64,000 bases of DNA from Prasinococcaceae sp. CCMP 1430 (GCA_013416795.1 RQSC01000018.1:21002-85001), one strand, 5' to 3'. Positions 48,318 through 59,960 are shown, counted from the stretch's first letter. Numbers and translations: made by a program. The notes: a model not told the origin generated them from the sequence alone.

Positions 48318-48877
48318 NNNNNNNNNNNNNNNNNNNNNNNNNNNNNNNNNNNNNNNNNNNNNNNNNNNNNNNNNNNNNNNNNNNNNNNNNNNNNNNNNNN
48401 NNNNNNNNNNNNNNNNNNNNNNNNNNNNNNNNNNNNNNNNNNNNNNNNNNNNNNNNNNNNNNNNNNNNNNNNNNNNNNNNNNNNNNNNNNNNNNNNNNNN
48501 NNNNNNNNNNNNNNNNNNNNNNNNNNNNNNNNNNNNNNNNNNNNNNNNNNNNNNNNNNNNNNNNNNNNNNNNNNNNNNNNNNNNNNNNNNNNNNNNNNNN
48601 NNNNNNNNNNNNNNNNNNNNNNNNNNNNNNNNNNNNNNNNNNNNNNNNNNNNNNNNNNNNNNNNNNNNNNNNNNNNNNNNNNNNNNNNNNNNNNNNNNNN
48701 NNNNNNNNNNNNNNNNNNNNNNNNNNNNNNNNNNNNNNNNNNNNNNNNNNNNNNNNNNNNNNNNNNNNNNNNNNNNNNNNNNNNNNNNNNNNNNNNNNNN
48801 NNNNNNNNNNNNNNNNNNNNNNNNNNNNNNNNNNNNNNNNNNNNNNNNNNNNNNNNNNNNNNNNNNNNNNNNNNNNN
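48318..48877. other. Assembly gap (N run)
   Basis: Ns. Confidence 1.
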
Positions 48878-51221
48878 CGCGCGGGCGCGGGTGCGTTCGA
48901 GTGCGGAACGCGCGCGGAATTCGCGGGGGAGCGCGCGCGAAAAGGCGCGCGCGGCGGCGCGCGCGCGACGGGGAGGTGGGGGGAACACGGGCGCGCGGGC
49001 CCACGTGGCACGGAAACCACGGAGGGGCGCGCGCGCGATCGCCGCGGTTCGCCTCAGCACCAACGCCGCCCGAGCGGCTTTCGCCCGCCGGAAAGCTCGG
49101 CCGGACGCGGCCCGCGCAACGTCGGTCCGCGTGGCGCACCGGTGGCGCGCCGCACCCGCCGGCCGGCCTCGCCGTGCCGCCAGGCGGGGGCCGGCCCTTC
49201 CAAGCGAGCTAGCCAGAAGAGACAGAGCTTGCGCGCACACGCGCGCCTCGATGCATCAACACGTCGCAGACTCCACGCGAGTGCCAGACCAGCCAGCCAG
49301 AGCTGTGCACTCGACGGAAGGAAGGAGGACGAGGCGCACTGCTGCCTGAGGCGCCGGGTCGATGGTCCACCTACGCGACTTGGGTCGGTCGGTCGGTCAG
49401 TCAGTCAAGGGCCTGCCTGCCGGTAGCTGCGGGTCCGTCGCGTGCGTCGCGTGGCGCAAAACAACGGACGACGACGAGAGAGGACTGCGTTCGGAGACGG
49501 GCGAGCAGCCTGGCCGGGGGCTGACTCAGTCAGGTGCGCGCGTCGCCCTCCCAGCCAGACAGAGGGGGCTGTCGCCCGCCGCTGGCCGTGGGAGCGTGTG
49601 CCGCGACCGACTGACTGAGCGTGCACACTGCACACACACCGCGTTTTTGTTGGAATTGATTTTGATTTTGATTTCATTTTCTGAAAGAACAAAGGTTGGC
49701 CCGGATTTGATCCGGCTTTGCGCGCGCCCCGGCGGCAGACGGGGGGCGGAGCGCCCGCATTCGCGTGGCGGAGCATCCGCGTTCGCGATGGCGCCGGGCC
49801 GCGCGCGCGCGCGTTCGCACCCTGCGGCCGATCGCGCGGTCCGACGGGGCCCATTTGATCGAATGCGCTGCAGATTGCGCGGCCGACATTGCTCGCGCGC
49901 AATCTCCGACGTGGACACTGACAGCCAGAGAGAGAGAGAGAGAGAGAGAGAGCAGCGCGCCCACGAGCCGACGCCGACGCGTCCGCGCCTCCTCGTGGCT
50001 CGCGCCGACGCGCCGACCTTCGGGGGCGACGGGTGGACCTCGAACGGAGACCCCGCCGCCGGAGCGAGCGACGTGCACGACCGGAGCAGCCGTCCTGTCG
50101 GCGGACGTGTCGAGGACCGCAGGTAGCAGCCTAGAGTAGGCACGGTTCACACTGATGAGCAGCCCTCAATGCCGGTACGTGGTACCGGTGCGCGCCTCGC
50201 GCACGACGTACGAACAGTGCCTGCCAGCGGTACGTGTAGCGCATCGCGCGCGCAGCAGATGCGTGGTTGCTGACCGAGACCGACTGGCGGTTAGAAAGAG
50301 TCTTCGAGCAACTTCGAGGACGGCCGACGCCGGCATGGAGGGATTCGCACGACGTGATGTGACCGCGCGTGCCTTCCGTGTGCCATATGGCCCGTCCCCG
50401 TCCGCTTCGAACACAACGCCCACAGCGTGCAGATCTCTCGCGCGACGTGGCGGTGCCGATGCGTCTCGCGGTCAATTCGATGTTACGGTGCAGCGCTCCG
50501 AGGCGCTGCGTGCTGACGCGTCCAACGTTTTGGCCCCTCCCACGTGGATATAGCCGTCGGCGGCGGGCGGGCTCGCAGCGGCAGGTGCGATTTGACGGTC
50601 GTTAGTAACCTGATGGCAGGGAAAAAAAAATGGCGCCACAGCGCGCGCGCGCTGCGCGGGCGGGCCGGGCCGGGCGGCGGGCGAGTGCGTGCGTGTGTGT
50701 GTGTGTGTGTGTGCGCGCGTGGGTGTGTGTGCGCGTGTGTTTGGGGGGCGGGGACGAGCGGGCACGAGGACGCGCGGGCGGCGCGGGCGGCGAAGCGGTG
50801 CGCCATGCCCGGGCCGGCGCGTTTTCCGGTTCGCCGCTGGGGCGGGTATCGCGGCGCGCCTTTTTTTGTGCGCGGTGGCGCGCCCGTGCGGTGTAGCGCG
50901 GGCGGCACTGCAGCCCCTCACAGTGTGTTCGCAGCGTAACGACTGCGCGGTGTGCCAAGTATGGGGGAAGCTGAGGGCGAGCGGGCGCGAGTGTGTGTGT
51001 GTGTGTCACCGACGCAAATTTGCTTGTGCGTGTACTTTTGCGGCAGCTAGAGCGATGGCTGATACCACTGCCCTCCCCCCATCCCCCCCTGTCTGCGCTC
51101 CCTGCAAACGCGCACCCACGACGCACTGGCGTGTTCTACCCGACAGTCCAGGCCCCGAATCACCTGAGTCCTGACGTTGGCGCGTCAACCACTCAACCTG
51201 GAGCGGCCGCACGGGCTGGTC

Positions 51222-53293
51222 ATGAGCACCGCGGAGTCGGCGGTCGAAAGTATATGGCTCGAACAAGAAGCTGCCACGTGCGCCGTGTCTGCGCATGACA
51301 TGCGGCAGGAAGTGCTACACAGTATGCAGAAGCAACATCGGCAGCACCCAAGCGTCCTGCGACTACCGCAGCAGCAGCACCACCACCAGCAGCGGCAGCA
51401 GGAGCGGCAGCAGCAGCGGCAGCGATCGCCAGAGCAGCACCATCTCGCGCAAACACCGTCTCAGGAGCCGTCGCGATCACCTCCGCGCCCGCCACTTCCT
51501 CCGCCACAGCCGCAAACGCAGCCGCCGCCGCAGCCTGCGCCGGTATCGCAGGAGCGGATGCGGCAGGCGCGGATGCGGACCCCACACCCGCAACAACACG
51601 GCAGCGACCAGCAGCAGCGGCAGCACCAGCAGCAGCAGCCATCGATCATGAAACGTGCTCGTCCGGCGACGTGCATGTATTGCCACTCGCAAGCAGCGGT
51701 GCTTTTCTGCTGCAGCGATGAAGCAGCACTGTGCCGGCTGTGCGATGGTATCGTCCACAGCGCCAACGACATCGTCGCCCGCCATGCGAGATGGCCTCTA
51801 TGCGACAAGTGCGGCGCCAAGCCTGCAACGATGTGCGTCGCGAGCGAGTGAGCGCCGGCGCATCCTGCGAATGACCAGCGCATGTGGCGACGCACGTTTG
51901 TTGCGCCGCGGTGACCGGGCCGCCCGGTGACCCGTGCTCGCCGTGGGCGCAGGAGCGCGCGGCGGGATTCCGCAACACAGCAACGTCCGCGCACCGCTAG
52001 TAGCACGCTCCGTTTCCATGCACGCGCACTCGCAGTGCGGCACCTCGCGCTGACGGCCATCGCCGGCGATGGATTGCGCGCTGCGAATCGCGCACGATCA
52101 CGCAGGTACTGCGAAGGCGAGAGGGCAGCGCTGTGCAAGCAATGCGACCAAGAGTACCACAAGAGCAATCCGACGCTGGCAAGCCACGCGAGGCTCCCCA
52201 TCGATCCTATCACTGGCGGTGACTCCTCCGGTGGTGGGCGCGATTCGCCACTATTCGCTGGCGATGCATACTACGCGGCGGTGCCGCCCCCTTCCTTGCC
52301 ACAGGGGCATGGGCGCAGCGAGCATATGCAGCTGGCGCGGCAGGCATCTCTAACCGGCCTGGATGGTCTTTATCAGGTAGCAGCTCAGCCAGACGCAGTG
52401 ACAGGGGACACAACACTCGATACGGCCTTTGACTACGCAGCCAACGCTGACATTGACATCCTCGGTGCCTCTGGCACGCTCGATGACGCCCTCCTTCTCT
52501 TTGGCGAGGCGCCACTTGTCGACCAAAGCAAGCGCCAAGCCAGCGAGTTCCACGACTGGCTCGAAGCTCTGATCGAGGAGGTGCGAATCCCTAAGATGCG
52601 CCACACTCGTTCATTTTGGCCGCGCCTCATCGACAATCACACGCCTGCGATAGTCAACAGCTTTGCACCGTCATCACATCGCTACGTAGCTACGACAATG
52701 ACGTTTCTCGTCTGACTGACTGAATACTTGGTACACGCTCGCCCTCTCGACGCTCGCTTCGACGACGGTGCCACTGCCGCCTTCAACAGAGCCAAGCTCC
52801 AGCGGGTCAGTTCTCGCAAAGCGCACACATTGCAGGGCTCGCGGGTTCAATGTCAGGGAACTTCGACTATGCCTCGCAGAGGACCAAGTGGGCAGCCGGT
52901 TCCGCCGGGAGTGGTGGCCATCTCGCAGGCGATGATGCTTCAAGGATGTGGCACCTGGCGCGCAGCGGGCAAACCGTAGGTGGCAATGCACAGATCACCG
53001 AGCCCAGCACCGGCGGAGCCGCGCGCCAATCGACCACCACACGTGGCGCAGGCGCGCCGTACGGGACCGCAAAAGAGGCCCACGACCCAGGTTCTCAGCT
53101 GCCATCCCTTCATGCCACGCAGCAGTTCGACGCGTATAGGCGCCCCCGGGCCGAGAGCGTGGCACGCTTCAGAGAGAAGCGTCGACAGCAGCAGAGCTAC
53201 GGCACAACCATTCGCTATGCGAGCAGAAAGGTGTATGCTGACTCGAGGCCGAGGGGGAGGGGCAAGCTCGCAAAGACCGAAGAAAACGCGTAA
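51222..53293 (+). CDS. CONSTANS-like protein: Gln-rich N-terminus, two B-boxes, divergent CCT domain
   Basis: B-box1 CMYC..AAVLFCCSDEAALCRLCDGIVHSANDIVARHAR. B-box2 CDKCGAKPATM|YCEGERAALCKQCDQEYH (intron 51833-52105). Probable intron 52581-52789. CCT RAESVARFREKR...IRYASRKVYADSRPR. Confidence 0.9.
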
Positions 53294-53602
53294 GTGGGCA
53301 CGACGATGACCCGCGCTGTGGCGCGGGTGCTACACATGTGCGGGTGCTGAGTGGAGCTAACCACGACGCGCTCACCGACGCGCGCATCACAAATCGGCGC
53401 GTTGCATACACACCTCCCATTCTTTCTGCGTCGCTGTGGGGCTGGGCGCAGGCAAGGCTGTCCGCCCTCGTCTGATGATACGCAGGGCGGCAGCGCAGGT
53501 GCGCAGCCACGGATCAGCGAGTGACATGTGCACGCTTAGCAGGCGTGTCCATAAAATTGCCTGTACATTACTGAGATTGCGTACATTTGTCTTCGCGAGA
53601 CG

Positions 53603-56600
53603 TCATTGCTCGCACACGGGCGCCGCGGACATTGCCGCCCAAGCTCCCCCACCATCCTCACCCGACCGAGCAAATTCGCACATGCTGTATACCATCGCCT
53701 TGATTTGTTGCGCGCTCGCATCTGTGGCTGCCCGGCTGGCTGCAACTTGTCCCTCGAGCTGATTGACAGCCGACTCGAGCGTGCGCCTCGCTGTGACTTC
53801 CTCGCGTAGCGCCTCCAGAAGGATCGCCACAAATCTGTCGTAAGCCACCGCCTTGTAGCCGTTAGCCTCACGCACAAGATTCGGAAACTCAACCTCGACC
53901 TCCTGAGCCAGCAGACCAATTTGCTTGCCGTGCGTGTTCTCTTGTGAAAATTGCGCTGAATGGCGAACGGCCTCATCGGACCACTCGAACTCAATGCCTT
54001 GAAGACGCAGGACGCGCTCCAGCACGGAATCTTCGGCACGCAAATGCTGCTCAGCACTCCCAATGCCGGCCATGGGTAAGACGTGGGCGGCTGCGCCACT
54101 CTCCCCGGACATGTCATCCGCACCATAGCTCCCATCGACGTCACGGGCCCCACCAATTTGGGTGATAATCGTCTTGAGGCGCTGGTCCGAAGAAGCCCAG
54201 CTGCTGGTGGTGTACGCGCTACCATCAACGTAAAGCGTGTGATCGCCAGCGCTCTGAGTCGCGGACGATGAAAGCACAAGCGCACCAGCACTATCCAATC
54301 GAGCACGCAGCGATGTACCCGAATTCCCTTGCTGTAAGGTATAAAATCGAAGCTCACCTGGAACTGACGAAGTCGTTGAGGCACCGCTCGGTACGCGGGC
54401 TTCAATCTTCGCCCCTACTTGGTATTGATTAGAAGCACAGTTACCATAACAGCCCTGGAATTGGATGACACCTAATCTGTCGCCAGCTTCCACCTTTTGC
54501 TTGGTGCCTGAACTTGAACCTCGCGTCTTTATCAACCGCAACGCAGACGAATACATATTACTCTGATGCGAAGATAAATAAATACGTGCATCATTAGAAT
54601 CCCCCAGAAGAGATATCCCACCGCCAGCACTGTAGCTCACGGGATCATTCGATGAAATAGAAATTCCACCGGCACTCGTAGAGAGCTTGATGGCGTCGGC
54701 GCCCGTGCCGCTCGACGACATATCCAAGGACGTCGACGCAGCCACCGACACGCCGCCGCTCGAAGAGGACACACTCAAAAGCCCATTGGAGCCAACATCC
54801 ATGCCGCCGGAAGAATACATATATACGCCGCCGGAAGAGGACACGCTAAAAAGCCCAGAGGAGTCGACATCCACGCCGCCGGCGCTCGCACTCAGCTTGA
54901 TGGCGTCGGCGCCCGTGCCGCAGCTGCTGTGGTCGTGCGGTCTCAGCCAGCGCGGCGAGTGTCTGTCCTGGTCCAGGAGCGGGTCTTGGTCGCTCGCAAC
55001 CTCAAAAGCGCTCGCGCCCGACGCCGACAGCGAAACGCCCGCGCCAGAGTTCACGTCAACCAAACCGCTGGTCGTGCCCATCACCAAAGACGTCGACGCA
55101 GCCACCGACACGCCGCCGCTCGAAGAGGACACGCTCAAAAGCCCAGAGGAGCCGACATCCACGCCGCCGGCGTGGGCACGCAGCTTGATGGCGTCATCGC
55201 CCGTGCCGGTGCTGCTGTGGTCGTGCGGTCTCAGCCAGCGCGGCGAGTGTCTGTCCTGGTCCAGGAGCGGCGCTTGGTCGCTCGCCACCACGAAAGCGCT
55301 CGCGCCCACCGAAGACAGCGAAACGCCGGCGCCCGCAGAGCTCACCGACACACCGCCGGAGGACGCCGCCACGCCCACGCCAGCGCCCGCGGCCACGTCC
55401 ACGTCAGACGAAGCCGAAACGCTCACCGCGCCGCTCGACGAAGACACGTCCACCGCGCCGTCGGAGTCAACCACCACGCCGCCGGCGCTCGCGTGCAGCT
55501 TGATGGCGTCGGCGCCCGTCCCGCTCGATGTCAGATCCAAGAAGGTGGACGCAGCCACCGACACGCCGCCGCTCGAAGAGGACACGCTCAAAAGCCCAGA
55601 GGAGCCGACATCCACGCCGCCGGCGCTCGCACTCAGCTTGATGGCGTCGGCGCCGGTGCCCTGCTTGTTCCGAAGAGTGATCGTCTCGGATATGCCGCCG
55701 TCACTTTCTACTAATATTGCACCCGCCGCTCCTGACGTGCTCGCAATCGTCACAGGCGCACCGCTGGCGCCGCCGACAGCTTTCGCCGAGGCAGAGCTGG
55801 TACCTACACTGATGGACCCGCCGGTCCCCGAGGTGCTCGCGCCAGCGTCGAGGACCAGACCTCCACCCGCTCCCGAAGACGAAGCACCGCCCGCCACGCT
55901 CACGGCGCCGCCGCCGACTGCGCCGCTGCCCGCGCCACCGCTGATGTGCACGGTGCCGCTCGACGCGGCCGCGCCCGCCCCGCCCGAGATCGTCACATCC
56001 TGCCCCGCTGACGACGACGTTGCGCCCGCGACCACCGAGACAGCGGCATTGCCCGAGCTGCCGCCGATCTGAACGCTCTCCGCAACCGACGCGCCAATGG
56101 TCACTTTGGGGGTGGAGCCGCCCGAGCCCGCGTCAATTGCCAGGTCAACGTTCGATGTCTCCGAGTCGGCCTCGGCAATATCAAGCCCAGTCACGCTCTC
56201 CGCCCGCAGCTCGTTCTGCACGATCACATCCTGATTGGTCGTCACGTGGACGAACGTGCTGTACGTTTCGCTGTACGTCATCTCGTCGGTGACGTACAAG
56301 TTGCCATGCACGGTAGTGTCACCATACATGTCCAAATTGGTGTTGCCTCGCAGGCTCAAACCACCAGTGCTCGCCTCAAGCGACACAGCGCCGGAACCAC
56401 TCCCAGCACCGACGATCGAGACGCTGCTTCCGGCGGATACAGCAACTGAGGTTGACGCATCCATCGTCACCCCACCGCTCACCGCCACGAGATCAAGCGC
56501 TGCAGTGCCGGTGCCTTGAGCATTCCTCAAAGTGATTTGCTCAGACGCTCCTCCATTAGTCACGAGCGAAACAGCCCCAGCGGAACCTGACCTGCTTTCA

Positions 56601-58080
56601 ACGGCCACGGTAGCTCCGCTCGTGCCGCCAAGACGAATGTCCGATGCGACATCGTGGCCAATAGATATAGACCCGCTCGTCGCAGCGCTGCTATCACCTG
56701 CATTGATCACAACCGAACCTCCGATCGCGTCAGCCGCATCCCCAGCAGACACGACAACGGATCCACCAGCGCCGCTGTCGCCAGCGCCCACCGTCAGCGA
56801 GATCGAGCCGCCGGCGCCCTCGGTGCCCGCGCCGGACGCCAGCGAGATGTCGCCCGAAGCGCCCTCAGACGAGTCGCCCGTCGTCACGGCCACGGAGCCC
56901 GAGGCGCCCACGGTGGCGGAGCCACTGCGCACGGTGATCGCGCCGCTCACGCCGGCGGTGCCCGCGTCGGCCGTGGCCAAAGAGGCCGCGCCGCTCGAGG
57001 TGGACGTGCCCACGCCGCTCAACAGCACCAGCGAGCCGCCAGTGGACGTCGCGCCGGTGCCGCCCAACACGGACACCGCGCCGCCGCCGCTGCCGCTGCT
57101 GCCGCTGCCCGCGCCCGCGGACACCACCACGGACCCGCCGGACTCGCCGACGGAGCTGCTCTCGCCGGCGGTCACCAGCACGCCGCCGCCAGCGCCGCTG
57201 TCGCCAGCGCCCACCGTCAGCGAGATCGAGCCGCCGGCGCCCTCGTATGACCGTCCTGTTGTCATGAAGATGTGACCTGAGGGTCCCGAATCTGCATTGC
57301 CAGTGTCGAGGAGTATACGCCCTGTTGATCCATTCTGTGAGGAATCCGTTGCGACCGCGACATCACCACTTGAATTTTCATGACCTTGACCGCTTAGGAT
57401 GCTCACTGTGCCGCCACTGCCACTCTCGCTGGAACCTGCCTGGAGATGCAACGAACCACCGACAGCTGATGACTGTGAGTTCGCAGCTCTCAAACGGACA
57501 TCACCTCCTGCCGACAAGGTCGTGTCTTCACGATTTATTAAGAATTCGTTGGCATCGACAGTGCCCAGACGCACTTGCCCGCGCATAAAAACGTAGTCGC
57601 TCATTGTGTTGCCCAGGGTCGCGTCGCCTTCAACTGCGATGTTTGACTGGAGCTCAGTGTTTCCTGTCACGGTCATGGCGTTCTCGAGGAGGAAGGCACC
57701 GTCCTCGTTGATTGATTCAATGGTGTCGTCGATAAGCCGAAAGCCCTGGCACATGTGCTTCCCCGTGTACATCTTCATGAGTGCCTGCAGCTTGAAGGAC
57801 GCAGATGTCGCACCGTGCACACCTATGTAGTACACGCCAGCAGTCGGGCTCAAGATGTCAAGCTGGTCGTTGCCGTCCATTTCAGCCTTGTATTGATACT
57901 GAGCATCTGTGGGCTGCTGGAGGGTCGTGCTGACGTAGATATTCGCATCTCCGTTGGTGGACGTGAGCCTGAGTATAAGCGTTTGCGCGGCCTCAACGCA
58001 CGCCACGGAGAGCTTGTAGTACTTGTATTCGTCCTCGGAGACGAGGCCAGAGCGCGACACGCCTTTCTCCATAAGAGAGC
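53603..58080 (-). CDS. Phage tail-fibre-like Gly/Ser/Ala repeat protein (at least 1489 aa) with N-terminal PPC-like domain and C-terminal peptidase S74 intramolecular chaperone domain
   Basis: PPC-like YKYYKLSV..LTSTNGDANIYVS..PT..Y..GVYYIGVHG. GxGGxVxLxAG repeats. S74 SSDQRLK, LQGIEFEW, IGLLAQEVEVEFPNLV, AVAYDRFVAILLEALRE plus coiled coil. Acceptor TTCCGCAG at 58081 implies further 5' exons. Confidence 0.85.
54680..55665 (-). repeat. Intragenic tandem repeats GTGADAIKLxAxAGG(VDVGSSGLLSVSSSSGGVSVAAST), five copies of the core
   Basis: Near-identical DNA copies ending at about 55660, 55525, 55210, 54920 and 54715. Confidence 0.9.
56766..57245 (-). repeat. About 57-bp direct repeats (56766-56822 and 57189-57245; EGAGGSISLTVGAGDSGAGG) bracketing a very high-GC block
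   Basis: Identical CCAGCGCCGCTGTCGCCAGCGCCCACCGTCAGCGAGATCGAGCCGCCGGCGCCCTCG at both sites. Confidence 0.9.
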
Positions 58081-58919
58081 CTGCGGAAGCAAGCGCAGCG
58101 CAATGGCACCGTGTGCAGTCGCCACGCGAACGAATTGGGTCAGAGACGAAGCCGCAATACGAGCGTCACCTTGTGGCGCGTGGCGACGGCGCAGCGCCTT
58201 TGCCGGTGTCCGAGCGCATGCGCTGCTCCACAGAGGGGACACGCCGTCTCGACGCCGGCAGCTGCGGCGCATGCACGTCGCCTGCCGCGACGGCGCAAAC
58301 AGCGACGCTTGAAGGCTGCGGAGCAGTGCAGCGGCGCGCGAGCAACGCAGCGCAGTGCTGGAGAGGCGGTGCGGCGATGTGCGGCGACGCGCGTCCTGGC
58401 GAAGCGCAACGGCGTGCCGGTAGCGCTGCGCGGCGAGGGGCAACGTAAACTGCTGGCCACAACGCAACGGCGATGCGGCAGCGTTGGGCGGCAGCGCAGC
58501 AGCGCAGCAGAACTGCAGCAGCGCCAATCGGGCAGCATCTATGATGTCGTAGGCGGGCAGCACTGCGGAGGCGCGGCGTCGCATTACGCACCTGCGCTTG
58601 CCCCGCTGACGAGGGCAAGTAGCGCCACGCCCGCGGCCACGGCCACGGCGCGCGCGGACGCTCGCCGTGTCCTCCCTCGGCATCGAGCGCATGCGGGAGC
58701 TGCTCGGCTCATTGTGCGCCGTGCGCCTCCAGCGCTCTTCTCTGCTCGGGCGGTATCGGTTGGCGTCACCACGCGCATATCTCGTGCGCTGTGCAGCCCC
58801 GGCAGTCCCGTCGCTGCAGCAGCTCCCCGCGGCGGCCCGCCGCGCACCACGCGCCGCGCTCGGGCGGTGGGCGGGACGGGCGAGGCCCCGCTGGCGCAGG
58901 GCAGCCCTGACGTCGGCCC

Positions 58920-59560
58920 NNNNNNNNNNNNNNNNNNNNNNNNNNNNNNNNNNNNNNNNNNNNNNNNNNNNNNNNNNNNNNNNNNNNNNNNNNNNNNNNN
59001 NNNNNNNNNNNNNNNNNNNNNNNNNNNNNNNNNNNNNNNNNNNNNNNNNNNNNNNNNNNNNNNNNNNNNNNNNNNNNNNNNNNNNNNNNNNNNNNNNNNN
59101 NNNNNNNNNNNNNNNNNNNNNNNNNNNNNNNNNNNNNNNNNNNNNNNNNNNNNNNNNNNNNNNNNNNNNNNNNNNNNNNNNNNNNNNNNNNNNNNNNNNN
59201 NNNNNNNNNNNNNNNNNNNNNNNNNNNNNNNNNNNNNNNNNNNNNNNNNNNNNNNNNNNNNNNNNNNNNNNNNNNNNNNNNNNNNNNNNNNNNNNNNNNN
59301 NNNNNNNNNNNNNNNNNNNNNNNNNNNNNNNNNNNNNNNNNNNNNNNNNNNNNNNNNNNNNNNNNNNNNNNNNNNNNNNNNNNNNNNNNNNNNNNNNNNN
59401 NNNNNNNNNNNNNNNNNNNNNNNNNNNNNNNNNNNNNNNNNNNNNNNNNNNNNNNNNNNNNNNNNNNNNNNNNNNNNNNNNNNNNNNNNNNNNNNNNNNN
59501 NNNNNNNNNNNNNNNNNNNNNNNNNNNNNNNNNNNNNNNNNNNNNNNNNNNNNNNNNNNN
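58920..59560. other. Assembly gap (N run)
   Basis: Ns. Confidence 1.
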
Positions 59561-59960
59561 CCCGCGCCACGGGGGGACGCGACCCCGCCGCGCGCGCGCG
59601 CGCGCGCGCGCGCGAAACGCCGGTCGGACGCGCCACATTGGGTTCAATATCAGGGTCTGTATAATCGCGCACGTTCAGTCCTTTCTGATGTATCTTTTCG
59701 AGTTTGAAAGGTTTGGGTTTTTGCGCGCGTTCCCCCGCGGCGAAAAAAAAAGGGCGGGAAACTCTCTCTCGCGCGCGCTCGCGTTCACATTCGGTTGGCG
59801 GCGCGGTGTGTGGGTGTGGGCAGTGGGGGGGGGGAGGCGCGCGAGGACCAGCAGGGTGCGNAAGCATCTGTCCCCCTCGCCCTCATCGCATCCGCCCTCC
59901 TCGCAGACCACGCAGACTCCGACGCTAGCATCACACGGGACACCCACACACGTATTCTCA

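Noticed and set aside
49383-49620. GGTC/AGTC and GACC/GACT runs as MITE terminal inverted repeats
   Set aside because: Short, imperfect tetranucleotide microsatellites with no TSD.
1806-52789. Introns as Introner-type repeated elements
   Set aside because: No shared sequence among the roughly 20 introns beyond splice and branch signals by eye; a genome-wide intron all-versus-all comparison would be needed.
54680-55665. Repeat-spacer pattern resembling a CRISPR array
   Set aside because: In-frame coding repeats of irregular spacing in a eukaryotic gene; no cas genes.
53603-58080. Endogenous virus or prophage
   Set aside because: No capsid, packaging ATPase, polymerase, integrase or terminal repeats nearby; flanking genes are host genes (the 641-nt gap is too small if sized correctly).
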